A stretch of 64,000 bases of DNA from positions 251,796,454 to 251,860,453 of the forward strand of contig NC_133619.1 in the NCBI RefSeq assembly GCF_048593235.1, given 5' to 3'. A program made the translations under genes and the position numbers. The notes below the pieces were generated by a model that was not told the origin of the DNA, made no database searches, and worked only from the letters and a program-made list of their open reading frames with translations. Position 1 is the first letter of the stretch, and every line of letters begins with the position of its first letter. The DNA is from Sminthopsis crassicaudata (taxonomy: Eukaryota). Positions 61,584-64,000 of this stretch are shown here, one piece after another.

Positions 61584-64000
61584 TCATGTAGCAGTCCAGG
61601 GGCTGAGCAGAATAAACTTAAATCTTCCACATTCCCAAGTGTGTGCTTATGGAACTGAGTAAAGCAGCTAAAGATGTAAGCAAGAGAAGATAAATTAAAT
61701 TCACTTCATGTCTCCTAAGCAGTCTCAGAAATCAATACCTCTGGAGCACCCATGCATGATATACTAGGAACTAAAATATTAGAACACATGTAGGAAGGGA
61801 GAAACGGTTCTATTCTAGTACTATTTAAAGTAGACAACAAGGGGGAAGCCAGGTGGTACAATCCTAGAGTCAGGAGGACATCAGTTCAAATTCTACATCA
61901 GACACCTATTAGCTGGTTTCTTTTTTCCAGAATCATCTCAGTTCAGTGGCAAGATAGAGTCAAGGATTTAGCCTCATTTAAATTCAATTTGCACATGAAT
62001 CAAAAGCTATCACCCTCACTATTTTACCATTTCTACCTATCTCAAAGTCCTGTGATGACAGGCTGGTGATGAAGCAATAAGTGCAAATACACAGGGAGCT
62101 ATCATCATAACCCTGCACACCAGCAGCCCAAGCTATAGGGTCATCTTATCACAGGACTGAAACAGCAGTGGGATTTGGCAGCCCCAGAGTGTCTGAACAG
62201 CCTTTTAAGGATCATACTGCTCACCTCCTGGTACATGGACTATTTGTGCCTGACCTGTGGTAGGTGCATTCCAAGTATGTATTAGTCTGATCTGACACAG
62301 TTAGACATGACATACTGCAATTTGACTCTGACATAGTGATGTCATTTTAGTTCTCTTAGAGAATGAACAGCAACAATCACTACCAATCATCTGTATATCT
62401 GTATATCCTAAATTCTGAAGGTCAAGAATAAGAACTGGCACAATATATAAGTAAGTACTACATTTTCTCTGGATTTTCAGAACTAATAATTTTATTTCAA
62501 GTTTTCTAGAAACCATAATCTTGACTTTTCTTCTATTTTCTTCCTATTTCTGTGCAAAAATAAAACCAGCAAAAAGTTCCCTACAGCTTTAAGACTTTGT
62601 GATTCAAAGCATTTAAAATTGAGATTATCTCCAATATGTCCATTTGCATATAGCTGTTTGCATACTGTCTCCCCCATTAGACTGACTTCTTTGAAGGCAA
62701 GGACTATTTGTGCCTTCCTTGGTATATGTGGAGAGGAGAGCCTGGAACTTTAGCAAGCATTTTAAAAATCCCTGCTGATTTACTGACTAGTCACTGAATA
62801 TTAGGAAATGTGAAAGAAGTGGTTTGTGGTTTTTCCATTTCTTATAAGATCTGACCATAAAGTTCAATTACTACATAAATGTAAGCTGTTGAATTATTTT
62901 ATTAAGTATAAAAAGGATATTCTTGGTTACAAAACAATGTCTTTGCAAAGTAGTATGTACCTCTTGTTTCTTAGTTATATTGAAGATGTCGGTTGAGTTT
63001 TGGATCTGTGAGGTGTTGTACTCCTTTTTACTGCTAAAGATGGAAACCAATGTTTATTTTAATAGAAATCCCCAAATAGTCCTTTGGCAAATTTTTAAAT
63101 AGGGCAGCTATGTGATTTAATAGCTAAACCTTTGGGCCTAGAGTCAGGAAGGTATAAATTCAAATTTGGTCTTAGACACTATAGGCAAGAAACCCTGTTT
63201 GCATCAAAATCCTCAACTGTAAAATGAGTCAGGGAAGAAAAGGGCAAGCCACTCTAAGTCAAGAACACCTCAGGGAGCTGAAAACAACTGAACAACAACA
63301 AAAACATTTGATTTTATTATTTTCCAATAAGACTAGGAAAAAAAACAAATTTTTGCCCCAAATGTGTAAGCTGGAAGGATGGTGTCTGCCCAATTTGACT
63401 GTTAACTATGGGGACATACCTTTAGAATTAGGCAACATCTGTTTCTCAACCACACTATTAAAAGTGGATTAATATAAAAAGACAAGGATAGAAGTGACAC
63501 ATTTTGTGTAGGTAGTTTCATGGACCATAGCTACTCAGGTCATGCAGAGATTTCTGAGGAGTGGGAGGGAGTCTTGCTGCCTTAGGTAACTAATCTTGTT
63601 TGAAAACAAGTTACCTTTAAAATGAGGATAAAATGGAAAACCCAGGCCTGATGAGTAAATAGAAAGAGCAGTGGGCTGGTTGTCAAAGTTCCTGAATTCT
63701 TATCCCATTTCTAGCACTAATTAAATGAATTGTGGGAGCCAGGTCATAATTCTTTGTCTTATTTCTCTTATCTGTTATGAACATAATTGGCTTTTCCTGT
63801 CTCACAGGGCAATGGTAAAAGAGGAGAGATGATATGATATTCACAAGATTACAGACATGCCTTGAATATTATTATTTTGCTTTTGCTTTACTGTGCTTCA
63901 CAAATAGTGCTGTTTTTAAAAAACAAATTAAAAGTTTGTGGCATCCTGCATCAAACAAGTCTTTTGGCACCATATCCCCAAAAGCATCTGCTCCAATTGT

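Overview
Marsupial genomic DNA, most likely from a dasyurid, judged from the SINE, L1 3'-end, LTR and hAT repeat families. It is a gapped assembly with three N runs. The window holds the conserved vertebrate NPAS2-RPL31-TBC1D8 cluster: the last five coding exons and 3' UTR of NPAS2 (+, 1-~7130), the complete RPL31 gene (+, ~16332-20395, 125 aa, 5'TOP/CpG promoter), and 15 consecutive in-phase 3' exons of TBC1D8 (-, 45410 down to the stop at 21840). The 5' exons of TBC1D8 were not found. The rest is mainly MIR/L2, marsupial SINEs, L1 fragments, hAT MITEs and LTRs. The most unusual structure is in the NPAS2-RPL31 intergenic region. It carries two diverged genomic copies of the TBC1D8 penultimate exon (12784-12959 on +, 14124-14232 on -) arranged as an inverted repeat of about 91% identity, which keeps a 23-24 nt perfect match to TBC1D8 mRNA. 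This is a candidate hairpin/endo-siRNA source. Other points of interest are an OC1-type hAT MITE (a family reported as horizontally transferred), a solo LTR with a 6-bp TSD pointing antisense at a TBC1D8 exon, a polyproline expansion in NPAS2, and an 8-kb block of sense-oriented nested L1s. All alignments were done by eye. Repeat family names and human sequence comparisons are from memory and need database confirmation. TBC1D8 exon numbers follow the human gene by analogy.
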